Shown: positions 19,072 through 27,728 of the stretch, in pieces | Layout: the number at the start of each line of letters is the position of its first letter | How positions within the stretch are numbered: position 1 is the stretch's first letter | Notes under the pieces: model-generated | Databases searched by the model: none | Told to the model about the DNA's origin: nothing | What the model saw: the letters and a program-made list of their open reading frames with translations, nothing else | Source of the DNA: Acidimicrobiales bacterium | GTDB lineage: Bacteria; Actinomycetota; Acidimicrobiia; Acidimicrobiales; SKKL01 | Assembly (NCBI GenBank): GCA_046543225.1 | Contig: JBKGZW010000001.1 | Span: 1-59,132, forward strand | DNA length: 59,132 nt | Direction of reading: 5' to 3' | Position numbers and translations under genes: made by a program

Positions 19072-20216
19072 CGAGGAGTGGTGCCGCTCCCGTGCGGCTG
19101 CGCGACCTCACCCGGCGCTACGAGCGCGACCGTGCGGCTCTGGACGGGGTGAGCGTCGACATCGAGCCCGGGAAGACCCTCGGCGTCCTCGGGCCTTCGG
19201 GGTGCGGGAAGTCGACCCTGCTGCGGCTCATCGCGGGCGTCGAGTTGCCCGACGAGGGGACGGTGACCGTCGCCGGTCACCTGCTGTCGAGCCCGGGCAA
19301 TGCGGTCCCTCCGGAGCGACGACGGGTCAACATGGTGTTCCAGGACTACGCGCTTTGGCCCCACCTCACCGTGCGCGACATCATCGGCTACGGGCTCAGG
19401 GTGGGGACCAACCGCACCTCGGCCCGTGCCCGGGCATCCCGGGTCGACGAGCTGATGGCACTGCTCCACCTCGAGGGCCTGGAGAACCGCAGACCAGCGG
19501 AGATCTCAGGGGGTCAGCAGCAGCGGGTCGCGATCGCACGAGCGCTGGCGACCTCCCCGGATCTGCTCCTGTTCGACGAGCCGCTCTCGAACCTGGACAG
19601 CCAGCTGCGGTCCGAGATGCGCGAGGAGCTCGCACTGCTCCTCGGGTCCCTCGGCACCACCGCGGTCTATGTGACCCACGACGTCACCGAGGCGCTGGCG
19701 CTCGCAGACCACATCCTGGTCCTGCACGAGGGCCGCGCCGTGCAGCACGACACCCCCCGCGGGGTGTTCACGCGCCCGCGGTCGGGATGGGTGGCGGGTC
19801 TCGCCGGGTTCTCGTCGGTGGTCGAGCTCGACCGCGCCGAGGCGACGGCAGACGGCCTGGTGCGGGGCGCCGTCGGGGCCGTCGAGATCGCAGGCCGGGA
19901 CTGTGGGCGCGACCGGTACGCCAGCTCGGATGTCCCCGCCGCCTACGTGCACCCGGACGCGGTGCGGCTCGTAGAGCCCGAGGGTGAAGGAGCGGCGACG
20001 GTGGTCTCCAGCGTCTTCGAAGGGCGCTCGCACCGCACCCGGGTCGATCTCGGCCGCGGCCGGACGGTGGTCACGACCACGGCACGGGAGCACGCGGTCG
20101 GCGAGCGGATCGACGTCTCGATCGATCCCGACGCCGTGGTGGTGTTCGGTGCCGGAACCGAGTCAGGAGGAGCAGATGGAGGAGTTGGACCCGACGTGCG
20201 CGACGTCGTCGCGTGA
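19068..20216 (+). CDS. ABC transporter ATP-binding protein (FbpC/PotA-like)
   Basis: ATGA overlap with the permease gene. GPSGCGKSTLLRLIAG is Walker A, LSGGQQQRVAIARAL is the signature motif, and LLLFDEPLSNLD is Walker B. A C-terminal TOBE-like regulatory domain follows. Confidence 0.9.
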   Translation: MTRSGAAPVRLRDLTRRYERDRAALDGVSVDIEPGKTLGVLGPSGCGKSTLLRLIAGVELPDEGTVTVAGHLLSSPGNAVPPERRRVNMVFQDYALWPHLTVRDIIGYGLRVGTNRTSARARASRVDELMALLHLEGLENRRPAEISGGQQQRVAIARALATSPDLLLFDEPLSNLDSQLRSEMREELALLLGSLGTTAVYVTHDVTEALALADHILVLHEGRAVQHDTPRGVFTRPRSGWVAGLAGFSSVVELDRAEATADGLVRGAVGAVEIAGRDCGRDRYASSDVPAAYVHPDAVRLVEPEGEGAATVVSSVFEGRSHRTRVDLGRGRTVVTTTAREHAVGERIDVSIDPDAVVVFGAGTESGGADGGVGPDVRDVVA

Positions 20217-20703
20217 TGGGATCCTCATGGTCTTCACGGGTGAGGGATGGGGAAAGTCGGCTGCGGCGATCGGCTACTCGATCAGGGCCCGGGGGATGGG
20301 ATGGGCCACGACGATGGTCCAGTTCCTGAAGGGTGGTTCGTGGAACGCGGCCGAGATCTCGGCCACCGAACGAATGGGCATCGACTGGCCGGTGCTCTCG
20401 TCGCGACTCACCTGGGCGCCGCGCGATCTCCGAGGGCTCAGCGATCGGGCCTGGGAGCACGCGGCCGGTGCGCTGGAAGGCCCCGGGCCGGCGCTGGTCG
20501 TGCTCGACGAGCTGAGCCATGCCATCGATGGCGGCTGGCTCGACCTCGGTCGGGTGACCAGCGGGCTCGAGTCCAGAGCGCGGCAGGTCAGCGTCATCAT
20601 CACCGGAGCCGACGTCCAGGACGAGCTGTGCGACCTGGCCGACACGGTGACGACCTTCGAGCGCTCCAAGCATCTCGCGAAGAAGGGGGTCCTTGGCCCG
20701 TGA
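20176..20703 (+). CDS. cobO: Cob(I)yrinic acid a,c-diamide adenosyltransferase-like (CobA/CobO/BtuR family)
   Basis: ATG 20176 is preceded by AGGAGG (alternative start ATG 20227). GILMVFTGEGWGKSAAAIGYSIRARGMGWATTMVQFLKG...LVVLDELSHAID...VIITGADVQDELCDLADTVTTFERSKH aligns along its length with CobA. The P-loop reads GEGWGKS instead of GNGKGKT. Confidence 0.72.
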   Translation: MEELDPTCATSSRDGILMVFTGEGWGKSAAAIGYSIRARGMGWATTMVQFLKGGSWNAAEISATERMGIDWPVLSSRLTWAPRDLRGLSDRAWEHAAGALEGPGPALVVLDELSHAIDGGWLDLGRVTSGLESRARQVSVIITGADVQDELCDLADTVTTFERSKHLAKKGVLGP

Positions 20704-21137
20704 CGGCGGTCTCATCGGCGTGTTCGGACGACGGCCGGGACCCGCGCGGGGGAAGGTCGGTGGTGGCTGCAGGGGGCCTGGTGCTGCGTCCGGCACTGAC
20801 CGGGCACGAGGTCATGCTGGTCCACCGGGTCCGCTACCGGGACTGGTCGTTCCCGAAGGGAAAGGTGGAGCGCGGCGAGACCGCGGCGCAGGCCGCGCTC
20901 CGCGAGGTGCGCGAGGAGACGGCACTGCGCTGCGAGCTGGCCGCCTATCTCGGTACCGTGACCTACCTCGACGAGGCGGCGAGCCCGAAGCTGGCCCACT
21001 ACTGGGTGATGACGGTGGTGGGGGCCGACCCCTTCGTTCCCGACGACGAGATCGCCGACCGGCGTTGGTTCTCGATCCCCCGCGCCGCGGAGGTCCTCAC
21101 CCGAGGCGTCGACCGCGGCCTGCTCCGCTCGATCTGA
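20700..21137 (+). CDS. NUDIX hydrolase
   Basis: GTG 20700 makes a GTGA overlap with the cobO-like stop. AAGGLVLRP...VMLVHRVRYRDWSFPKGKVERGETAAQAALREVREETAL is the Nudix box GX5EX7REVXEEXG. Confidence 0.78.
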   Translation: MTAVSSACSDDGRDPRGGRSVVAAGGLVLRPALTGHEVMLVHRVRYRDWSFPKGKVERGETAAQAALREVREETALRCELAAYLGTVTYLDEAASPKLAHYWVMTVVGADPFVPDDEIADRRWFSIPRAAEVLTRGVDRGLLRSI

Positions 21138-21206
21138 GGCCCGGCCCGGTTCGACTGACCGCCGACCGACCCCCGGCCGGGTCCCGCGACGTGGGAAGCT
21201 CGCCGG

Positions 21207-21578
21207 GTGCTGGTGGTCGACGCCGCGAACGTGATCGGATCCCGCCCCGACGGGTGGTGGCGCGACCGTGCGGGTGCGGCGGCACGCTTCGTCGGCCGGG
21301 TGGCCGCCGCGCTGCAGGCAGGGGACCTCGACCCGCCGGTGATCGTCGTGCTGGAGGGACGCTCCCGCGAGGCGGTCTCTGCGGGCGCCACCGACGTCGA
21401 CGGCCTCGAGGTCGTCCACGCGCCGGGCGAGGGCGACGACACGATCGTCGAGGTGACGGGCTCCGGCGAGGAGGCGACGGTGGTCACCGCCGACCGGGCG
21501 CTCGCCGACCGGGTACGGGCCGTCGACGCGCAGGTCGTTGGGCCCCGCTGGCTCCGGTCGCGGCTCGTCGACGGGTAG
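21207..21578 (+). CDS. Hypothetical protein, NYN/YacP-like (PIN-fold) tentative
   Basis: MLVVDAANVIGSRPDGWW...VIVVLEG...GEGDDTIVE...TVVTADRALADRV resembles the YacP-type NYN layout (LVVDGYNV ... DD ... VVTSD). The assignment is from memory only. Confidence 0.45.
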   Translation: MLVVDAANVIGSRPDGWWRDRAGAAARFVGRVAAALQAGDLDPPVIVVLEGRSREAVSAGATDVDGLEVVHAPGEGDDTIVEVTGSGEEATVVTADRALADRVRAVDAQVVGPRWLRSRLVDG

Positions 21579-21707
21579 GTGTCCGGGTCCCACCGGCTCG
21601 GTCGGGCACGACGGCTCACAGCACCGCGACGACAGCTGAACTTACCTTCGAGTAGACCTCGATCGGATTGTTGCGCTGCCGATCAGATAGTGGTGAGGGA
21701 CGCACGA

Positions 21708-23747
21708 GTGGGGGAGTCGACGCAGCGACAGGTCAACCCCACGATCGCGCGGGCGGTGCTGGGGTACGTCGAGACCGCGCTCGGCCCCGAGGGGCTCGTC
21801 GAGCTGACCCGGCACCTGGCAGGCTCTCCCGAGATCGACGAGCTCGCTCGCACCGACCGCTGGTGGAGCCGGGAGGAGTTCACCGAGCTCGCCACCGCCG
21901 CCTTCGAGGTGACCGGCGACATCGACCTCGGACGCAGAGTCGGCGAACAGACCTTTCGCGACACCCTTGGTGGCAGCGTCGCCGAGCTGATCGAGTCCTG
22001 TGGCACCACAGAGGTCGCGTGCACGGTGATGGCCGACTACTCGTCGCGCATGTCGGTCGGCCGGACCATGACCGTGGTCGAGTCGTCGGACTCCCACGTC
22101 CTCATCGAGGGCAGGTATGGCGACGGGGTCACACCGGACCGCTTCTCCTGTGGATTCACCGCGGGCTACTTCGCCTCGCTGCCCGCCCTGTTCGGCAATC
22201 TCGGGACCTCGGCCGAGGTGGAGTGCCAGGGTCGAGGCGCGCCCGCCTGCCGGTTCCGCATCGCCTGGCGCCCCGATCCGAGCCGCACCCACGACGACGC
22301 ACCCGAGAAGCGCGCGGTACAGGGTGCGACCATGCTGGAACAGCTCGAGGCGCAACACGCCCTGTCCGCTCATCTCGTCGATGCCCACGAGCTCGACGAG
22401 GTGCTCGACCGCGTCGTGACCAACGTCGGACTCACCGTCGGCGCGCCCCAGTACGTGCTCGCCGTCCGACTCGCAGCCGACGGCGAGCGGATGGTCCATC
22501 AGGTGGGCTTCGAGGGCAACGATGCCGAGATCCTCATCGACATGCTCGAGGCAGGGGAGCGGTTGGGCGAGCAGTACGTGGTCGTGAAGGTCCGCCACGG
22601 CGACCACACCTATGGTCACCTCGTGGCCGGGTTTCCCCCCGGCGCGACCGGCTCGGCCGTCGACCAACGGGTGCTGCGCTCCTACGCGCGGTACGCGGGA
22701 TCCGCCATCCAGATCGTGGCTGCCCTCGACTCGGCGCGCCGTGACCGCGACACCTCCGAGGCGCTGCTCGACTTCGCCTCGGCCCTCGCCCGAGCCGGCG
22801 ACACGGTGACCGTCGCCCGCAACCTCTGCATCGCGCTGCCCGCCGCATCGGCGTGTGACGTGGCGACGGTCTGGCTGTTCGACTCGATCAGAGGGGTCGT
22901 GCGGCTGGCCGATGCCCGAGACGCTGCTGGCCAGGAGCTCGCGTCCGGCACCGAGTTCGCCTCGGTCGACCTGGCCACCTACCTCAACCGTGATGGTGGG
23001 CTCCGTGAGCCCTTCCTGCTGGAGAGCAACGAGATCTCCGATCGACTCGTGCCGGCGATCGGTTCGGATGGCGCCAGCGAGGTGGCCGTCATCCCCATCA
23101 CCAACGGCGAGGCGGTCATCGGTGTGGCGACCGCTGCCTTCGCTCGACCGCTCGGGCGATCCAGGTCTGACATGATGGCTCGACTGGCAGGCCTGGCCGA
23201 TCAGGCCGTCACCGCGTTCGAGAACGCTCGACTGGTGGAGCAGATGCGACACCGGGCGCTGCACGATGATCTCACCGGCCTGCCGAACCGGATGCTGGCC
23301 GAGGACCGGGGCCGGCTCGCCCTCGCTCGACGCGAGCGCAGCGGCGAGCAGGTGGCGGTGCTGTTCGTCGACATCGACGACTTCAAGGACATCAACGACA
23401 GCCTGGGCCACGCCGCGGGCGACGAGCTGCTGCGACAGGTCGCCGCCCGCTTGACCGGCCAGCTCCGGGCCACCGACACCTGCGCCAGGATCGGAGGGGA
23501 CGAGTTCATCGTGATCGCCACCGGCCCCCCGAGCTCGGGTGGCGTCGAGGGCGTCGGGGCGCGCCTGGTGGAGGCGCTGCAGGAGCCGTTCGTCCTCGAC
23601 GGCCGTCCTCACCACCTCACGGCCAGCATCGGGATCGCCCAAGCCGGGGACCCGGAGACCACCTTCGAGGCGCTGGTCCGCCGCGCCGATGCCGCCATGT
23701 ACGTCGCGAAGGACTCCGGAAAGGCCAGGTTCGTACGCTCGGGGTAG
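21708..23747 (+). CDS. Diguanylate cyclase with V4R-like plus two GAF-like sensor domains (GGDEF)
   Basis: GTG 21708 within ORF 21579..23747. The N-terminal sensor ends SCGFTAGYFASLPALFGNLGTSAEVECQGRGAPACRFRI, which is V4R-like. The C-terminal part reads HDDLTGLPNR...AVLFVDIDDFKDINDSLGHAAGDELL...RIGGDEFIVI. Confidence 0.85.
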   Translation: MGESTQRQVNPTIARAVLGYVETALGPEGLVELTRHLAGSPEIDELARTDRWWSREEFTELATAAFEVTGDIDLGRRVGEQTFRDTLGGSVAELIESCGTTEVACTVMADYSSRMSVGRTMTVVESSDSHVLIEGRYGDGVTPDRFSCGFTAGYFASLPALFGNLGTSAEVECQGRGAPACRFRIAWRPDPSRTHDDAPEKRAVQGATMLEQLEAQHALSAHLVDAHELDEVLDRVVTNVGLTVGAPQYVLAVRLAADGERMVHQVGFEGNDAEILIDMLEAGERLGEQYVVVKVRHGDHTYGHLVAGFPPGATGSAVDQRVLRSYARYAGSAIQIVAALDSARRDRDTSEALLDFASALARAGDTVTVARNLCIALPAASACDVATVWLFDSIRGVVRLADARDAAGQELASGTEFASVDLATYLNRDGGLREPFLLESNEISDRLVPAIGSDGASEVAVIPITNGEAVIGVATAAFARPLGRSRSDMMARLAGLADQAVTAFENARLVEQMRHRALHDDLTGLPNRMLAEDRGRLALARRERSGEQVAVLFVDIDDFKDINDSLGHAAGDELLRQVAARLTGQLRATDTCARIGGDEFIVIATGPPSSGGVEGVGARLVEALQEPFVLDGRPHHLTASIGIAQAGDPETTFEALVRRADAAMYVAKDSGKARFVRSG

Positions 23748-23836
23748 CCGCAGGTGGTCGAGCACCCCGTGGGCTGGCTGAGTAGCGTCGGGGCCACGAA
23801 CCTCACGACCGAGTACGCGGCACAGGAGAGGACGAG

Positions 23837-25489
23837 ATGACCACCACCCACGGAGGGCGACTGGCGGCGATGGCGCTCAAGGCGGCGGGGGTCGAGTGCG
23901 TGTTCACCCTCTCCGGCGGCCATGTCATGGCGATCTACGACGGTTGCCTCGACGAGGACATCCAGGTGGTCGACGTCCGCCACGAACAGGCCGCGGTGCA
24001 CGCTGCCGACGCCTGGGCCCGGCTCAACCCCGGCCGGGTGGGGGTCGCCATCCTCACCGCCGGCCCCGGGGTCACCGATGGCGTCACCGGGGTCGCCAAC
24101 GCCTGGCGGGCGAACTCGCCGGTCGTGGTCATCGGCGGCCAGGGGCCGTTCAACAACCTGCGCCGCGGTTCGCTGCAGGAGATGGACCACGTGTCGGTCA
24201 TGCGGCCGATCACCAAGTGGGCCGATGCCTGCTACCAGACCGATCGCATCGCCGAGTACCTCGAGGTGGCGATCCGTCACGCGATGTCGGGCGTGCCCGG
24301 CCCGGTGTTCCTCGAGATCCCCATGGACATCCTCGGCGGACCCGTCGACCTCGACCGCACGGTGATGCCCCGGTTCCGCGACTACCGGGTGGCCTCGGCC
24401 GCCCCGCCCGACCGGATCGAGGAGGCAGCCCGGCTGGTCGCCCTGGCCGACCGCCCCATGGTGATGGCCGGTACTGCGCTCAAGTGGTCCGAGGGCGGTC
24501 CCGCCCTGCGACGCTTCGTCGAGGCGACCAAGATCCCCTGCTTCACCAACGGCATGGGGCGCGGTCAGCTGCCGATGAGCCATCCCCAGTTCTTCAACCG
24601 CAGTCGCAAGGACGCACTGGCCGACTCCGACCTCGTGGTGCTGGCCGGCACCCCGCTCGACTTCCGCATGAAGTACGGGGCGTCCATCCCCGCCGACACC
24701 CGGCTCGTGCAGCTCGACCTCGACGAGACCCTCATCGGACAGAACCGCTCGACCGACGTGAGCCTCGTCGGCAACCTCGGGGTCAACCTCGATGCGTTGC
24801 GCGAGGCGCTGCTCGCCGGTGACGATCCGGTCGACCACTCCTCCTGGTCGCTACGCCTGCGGGCCATCGAGGACGGGGCCGAGGCCGAGCTCAACGCCCA
24901 GCTGAGCAGCGACGAGCATCCCATCGATCCGCTCCGGTTGTGTGCATCGATCGCCGAGGTGGTGCAGTCGGATCCCGACATGATCGTCATCGGCGACGGC
25001 GGCGACATCGTGGCCCAGGCATCGAAGGTCCTGCGGGTGCCCGATCGGGGTACCTGGATGGATCCCGGGCCGCTGGGCACGTTGGGGGTCGGCATGCCCT
25101 TCGCCCTCGCCGCCCAGATCGCCAACCCCGACAAGCGGGTGTTGATCGTCTACGGCGACGGCGCCTTCGGTCTCAACGGGTTCGAGTTCGACACCGCGGT
25201 CCGGTTCGGTCTCCCCATCGTCGGGGTGGTCGGCAACGACGCCGCGTGGGGCCAGATGATGCGCCCGCAGGCCATGCTCTACGGCGCCGAACGGATGGTG
25301 GCCACCGAACTCACCTACACCCGCTACGACAAGGTGGTCGAGGCCTTCGGTGGCCATGGCGAGCACGTCACCAAGCCCGGCGACATCGTCCCCGCCATCG
25401 AGCGGGCCCTCGCCTCGGGCAAGCCGGCGCTGGTCAACGTGGAGATCCGCAAGGACGTCGACGGCATGAAGGGCTCGACCTACGTCTGA
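23837..25489 (+). CDS. Thiamine-diphosphate-dependent enzyme (acetolactate synthase / 2-hydroxyacyl-CoA lyase / oxalyl-CoA decarboxylase-like)
   Basis: 550 aa. GVECVFTLSGGHVMAIYDGC...VRHEQAAVHAADAWAR...LTAGPGVTDGVTGVANAW is the PYR domain. IGDGGD...YGDGAFGLNGFEFDTAVR...VVGNDAAWG is the ThDP-binding GDG-X-N motif. Confidence 0.85.
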   Translation: MTTTHGGRLAAMALKAAGVECVFTLSGGHVMAIYDGCLDEDIQVVDVRHEQAAVHAADAWARLNPGRVGVAILTAGPGVTDGVTGVANAWRANSPVVVIGGQGPFNNLRRGSLQEMDHVSVMRPITKWADACYQTDRIAEYLEVAIRHAMSGVPGPVFLEIPMDILGGPVDLDRTVMPRFRDYRVASAAPPDRIEEAARLVALADRPMVMAGTALKWSEGGPALRRFVEATKIPCFTNGMGRGQLPMSHPQFFNRSRKDALADSDLVVLAGTPLDFRMKYGASIPADTRLVQLDLDETLIGQNRSTDVSLVGNLGVNLDALREALLAGDDPVDHSSWSLRLRAIEDGAEAELNAQLSSDEHPIDPLRLCASIAEVVQSDPDMIVIGDGGDIVAQASKVLRVPDRGTWMDPGPLGTLGVGMPFALAAQIANPDKRVLIVYGDGAFGLNGFEFDTAVRFGLPIVGVVGNDAAWGQMMRPQAMLYGAERMVATELTYTRYDKVVEAFGGHGEHVTKPGDIVPAIERALASGKPALVNVEIRKDVDGMKGSTYV

Positions 25490-25515
25490 GCGCTGAAATG
25501 GCCGCGCCGCCCACG

Positions 25516-25562
25516 TTCTGTGAAGAGTTCCCAACCCATGCGGTGGGAAACTCTTCACAGAA
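25516..25562. terminator. Long AT-rich 18-bp hairpin between convergent operons
   Basis: TTCTGTGAAGAGTTCCCA pairs with TGGGAAACTCTTCACAGAA as 14 bp, a 1-nt bulge and 4 bp, across a 10-nt loop. It lies 27 nt after the ThDP-enzyme stop and 12 nt after the stop of the minus-strand small ORF. Confidence 0.5.
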
Positions 25563-25573
25563 CACGGGGACGG

Positions 25574-25777
25574 TCAGGGGAGCGGGTCGAGGGGACCGAA
25601 CTCGAGGTCGAACCGGGGCTCGTCGGTGGGTGCGGCGACCACCTCGGCGCCGAGGTCGCGTGGCGGCTTGGGCTCGAGCACGTCGGCGACACCGAGCAAC
25701 ACGGCGGCCAGGATCGCGGCACTGGCGGGCGCCCGGGGCTCGACGATCGGGTGTCCCTGGAGGTCGTAGCGCTGCAC
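25574..25777 (-). CDS. Small hypothetical protein (67 aa)
   Basis: ORF-track entry with a GTG start. Nearly every codon ends in G or C. It lies 25 nt downstream of the ABC-2 permease and just upstream of the hairpin. I recognise no homology. Confidence 0.35.
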   Translation of the reverse strand: MQRYDLQGHPIVEPRAPASAAILAAVLLGVADVLEPKPPRDLGAEVVAAPTDEPRFDLEFGPLDPLP

Positions 25778-25802
25778 CCCGTCAAGGCTATCGACGTTGG
25801 TG

Positions 25803-26552
25803 TCAGAGCTCGCGGGCGTCGTAGCGGGCCATGGCGAAGCCCACCAGCAACGGGGTGGCGACCAGGGTGACCAGCGCCGACCGGAGGTAGTCGGCGGCAG
25901 GAGCCCCCTCGATCAGACCGATGATCGCCCCGAACAGGTGGCTCGGCAGCCACACCTCGATGACCGGGACCAACCCGACGATGGGCATGACGATCAGCAC
26001 CCCCAGGGCGCTCAAGGCGATGGCGGGCACGCTTCGGATCAGCCCGCTGATGGCGGTCACCACCGCGACGGCGAAACCGAGGTAGAGACCGCCGAGCAGG
26101 GTCCCGAGCGCCATGGCCCCCACCGGTAGGCCGCCGAGCAGGCTCGCGGTCAGCGTCCACGCGATGGCGGTCCCGACGACGAGGGCCACGACCGCGGTGA
26201 CGGTCGCGACCGCGAACCTGGGGACCACCAGGTGCCCTGGCTTCGCCACTCTGGTGCGGAGGAACGCCGCCACCTCGGGTCGGGCATCGACCGAGATGGC
26301 GGCCGCAGCGATGAGCACCACCGCGAGCAGGCCGAGCTGGCTGGCGTTGCTGGTGAACTGGATGATGCCGTCGACCGGTCGGGGATCGGGGGCCTCGAAG
26401 ACCACCTCGCCGGTGCCGAAGTGCTCGATGATCTCGTTCAGGTAGCGGGCGGTGAGCGGTCCGAGCACGCCGAAGAAGCCGTAGATGCCGAACAGGGCCA
26501 TCCACCGGTGGGTCCGCACCATCCGCAGGATCTCCAGGCGGGTGAGGGTCAT
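25803..26552 (-). CDS. ABC-2-type transporter permease
   Basis: ATG 26552 makes an ATGA overlap with the ATPase stop. MTLTRLEILRMVRTHRWMALFGIYGFFGVLGP is followed by 6 predicted TM helices. The upstream part of ORF 25803..26720 is discounted. Confidence 0.75.
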   Translation of the reverse strand: MTLTRLEILRMVRTHRWMALFGIYGFFGVLGPLTARYLNEIIEHFGTGEVVFEAPDPRPVDGIIQFTSNASQLGLLAVVLIAAAAISVDARPEVAAFLRTRVAKPGHLVVPRFAVATVTAVVALVVGTAIAWTLTASLLGGLPVGAMALGTLLGGLYLGFAVAVVTAISGLIRSVPAIALSALGVLIVMPIVGLVPVIEVWLPSHLFGAIIGLIEGAPAADYLRSALVTLVATPLLVGFAMARYDAREL

Positions 26553-27721
26553 CGGGTCAGCTCCAAGAACGCCGTCTCGAGATCGGTGGCTGGGTTGAAC
26601 GACACGAGCGGATGTCCAGCCGCGCCGAGGATCGCCGGGATCTCGGCCTCGGCCCTGGCCCCGTCGCTCACCACGATCCGGAACCGACCGGGCGCCACCT
26701 CGGTGGCGTCGGTGACCCACGGTCGGGCGGCGAGGGTCTCGGCGAGCCCGCTGGTGGGAGGGCGGACGTGGAGCAGGTAGCTGGCCGACGTGCGGGCCAG
26801 CAGGTCGGCGAGTGGCCCCTGGAACAGCAGCCGACCCTGGTCGATCACCCCGACGGTGTCACACACCTGCTGCACGTCGGCGAGGATGTGGGTGGACAGG
26901 ATCACCGTCTTGGTGTGGGCCAGCCGGCCGACCAGGTCGAGCACCTCGCGTCGGCCGGCAGGGTCGAGTGCAGAGGACGGCTCGTCGAGCACCAGCACCT
27001 CGGGATCGCCGACGAGGCAGCCCGCCAGGCCGAGGCGCTGGAGCATCCCCCGCGAGAACCCACCGGTGCGGCGATCCATCGCGTCGCCCAGACCGACCTG
27101 GACCAGCACCTCCTCACCGCGGGAGACCTCGATGTCGGGCGCGGTGAGGTGGCGGGCCAGGTCGATGACCTCGCGGGCGGTGAGCCACGGTTCGAACAGC
27201 GGTGTGTCCACGAGCAGCCCCATCCGGCGGCGGTCGACCGCCAGCTCGAGCTCGCCCGAGGTCGGATGTCGCAGCCCCGCGATGATGGAGAGCATGGTCG
27301 TCTTGCCCGCGCCGTTGGGACCGATGAGCCCGTAGGTCGCGCCCGTGGGCACGTGGAGATCGACCGAGTCGAGGGCGAAGGTGTCGCCGTAGCGCTTGGT
27401 GAGCGAACGGGTCGTGATCACCTCGGGCCCCGACGCCGGCGTCGCGGTCACCGTTCGACCGGGCTCGACCAACCTCGAAGCGGTCGCCGAGTGGGGAACG
27501 CCGGCGCGCGCGGGATCGGCCCCCTCCGACGGGATCTCGCCCGCCGGGACCCGGCCGGCGATCCAGTAGATGATGATCCCGAGCGGCACGTTCACCAAGA
27601 CGATGATCAGCGCCCACGCCCACTTGGGCAGCGAGCGGACCTCGTGACGCGACAGGTCGAACAGGGCGACACCGATCAACGCCAGCGCGACGGCGCCGAC
27701 GATGATGAAGATGGCGGTCAT
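26549..27721 (-). CDS. ABC transporter ATP-binding protein fused to an N-terminal PLDc_N-like two-TM domain
   Basis: The N-terminus MTAIFIIVGAVALALIGVALFD...LPKWAWALIIVLVNVPLGIIIYWIAGR is PLD-nuclease-N-terminal-type. GPNGAGKTTML is Walker A, FSRGMLQRLGLAGCL is the signature motif, and VLVLDEPSSALD is Walker B. Confidence 0.85.
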   Translation of the reverse strand: MTAIFIIVGAVALALIGVALFDLSRHEVRSLPKWAWALIIVLVNVPLGIIIYWIAGRVPAGEIPSEGADPARAGVPHSATASRLVEPGRTVTATPASGPEVITTRSLTKRYGDTFALDSVDLHVPTGATYGLIGPNGAGKTTMLSIIAGLRHPTSGELELAVDRRRMGLLVDTPLFEPWLTAREVIDLARHLTAPDIEVSRGEEVLVQVGLGDAMDRRTGGFSRGMLQRLGLAGCLVGDPEVLVLDEPSSALDPAGRREVLDLVGRLAHTKTVILSTHILADVQQVCDTVGVIDQGRLLFQGPLADLLARTSASYLLHVRPPTSGLAETLAARPWVTDATEVAPGRFRIVVSDGARAEAEIPAILGAAGHPLVSFNPATDLETAFLELTR

Positions 27722-27728
27722 GGGGTCC

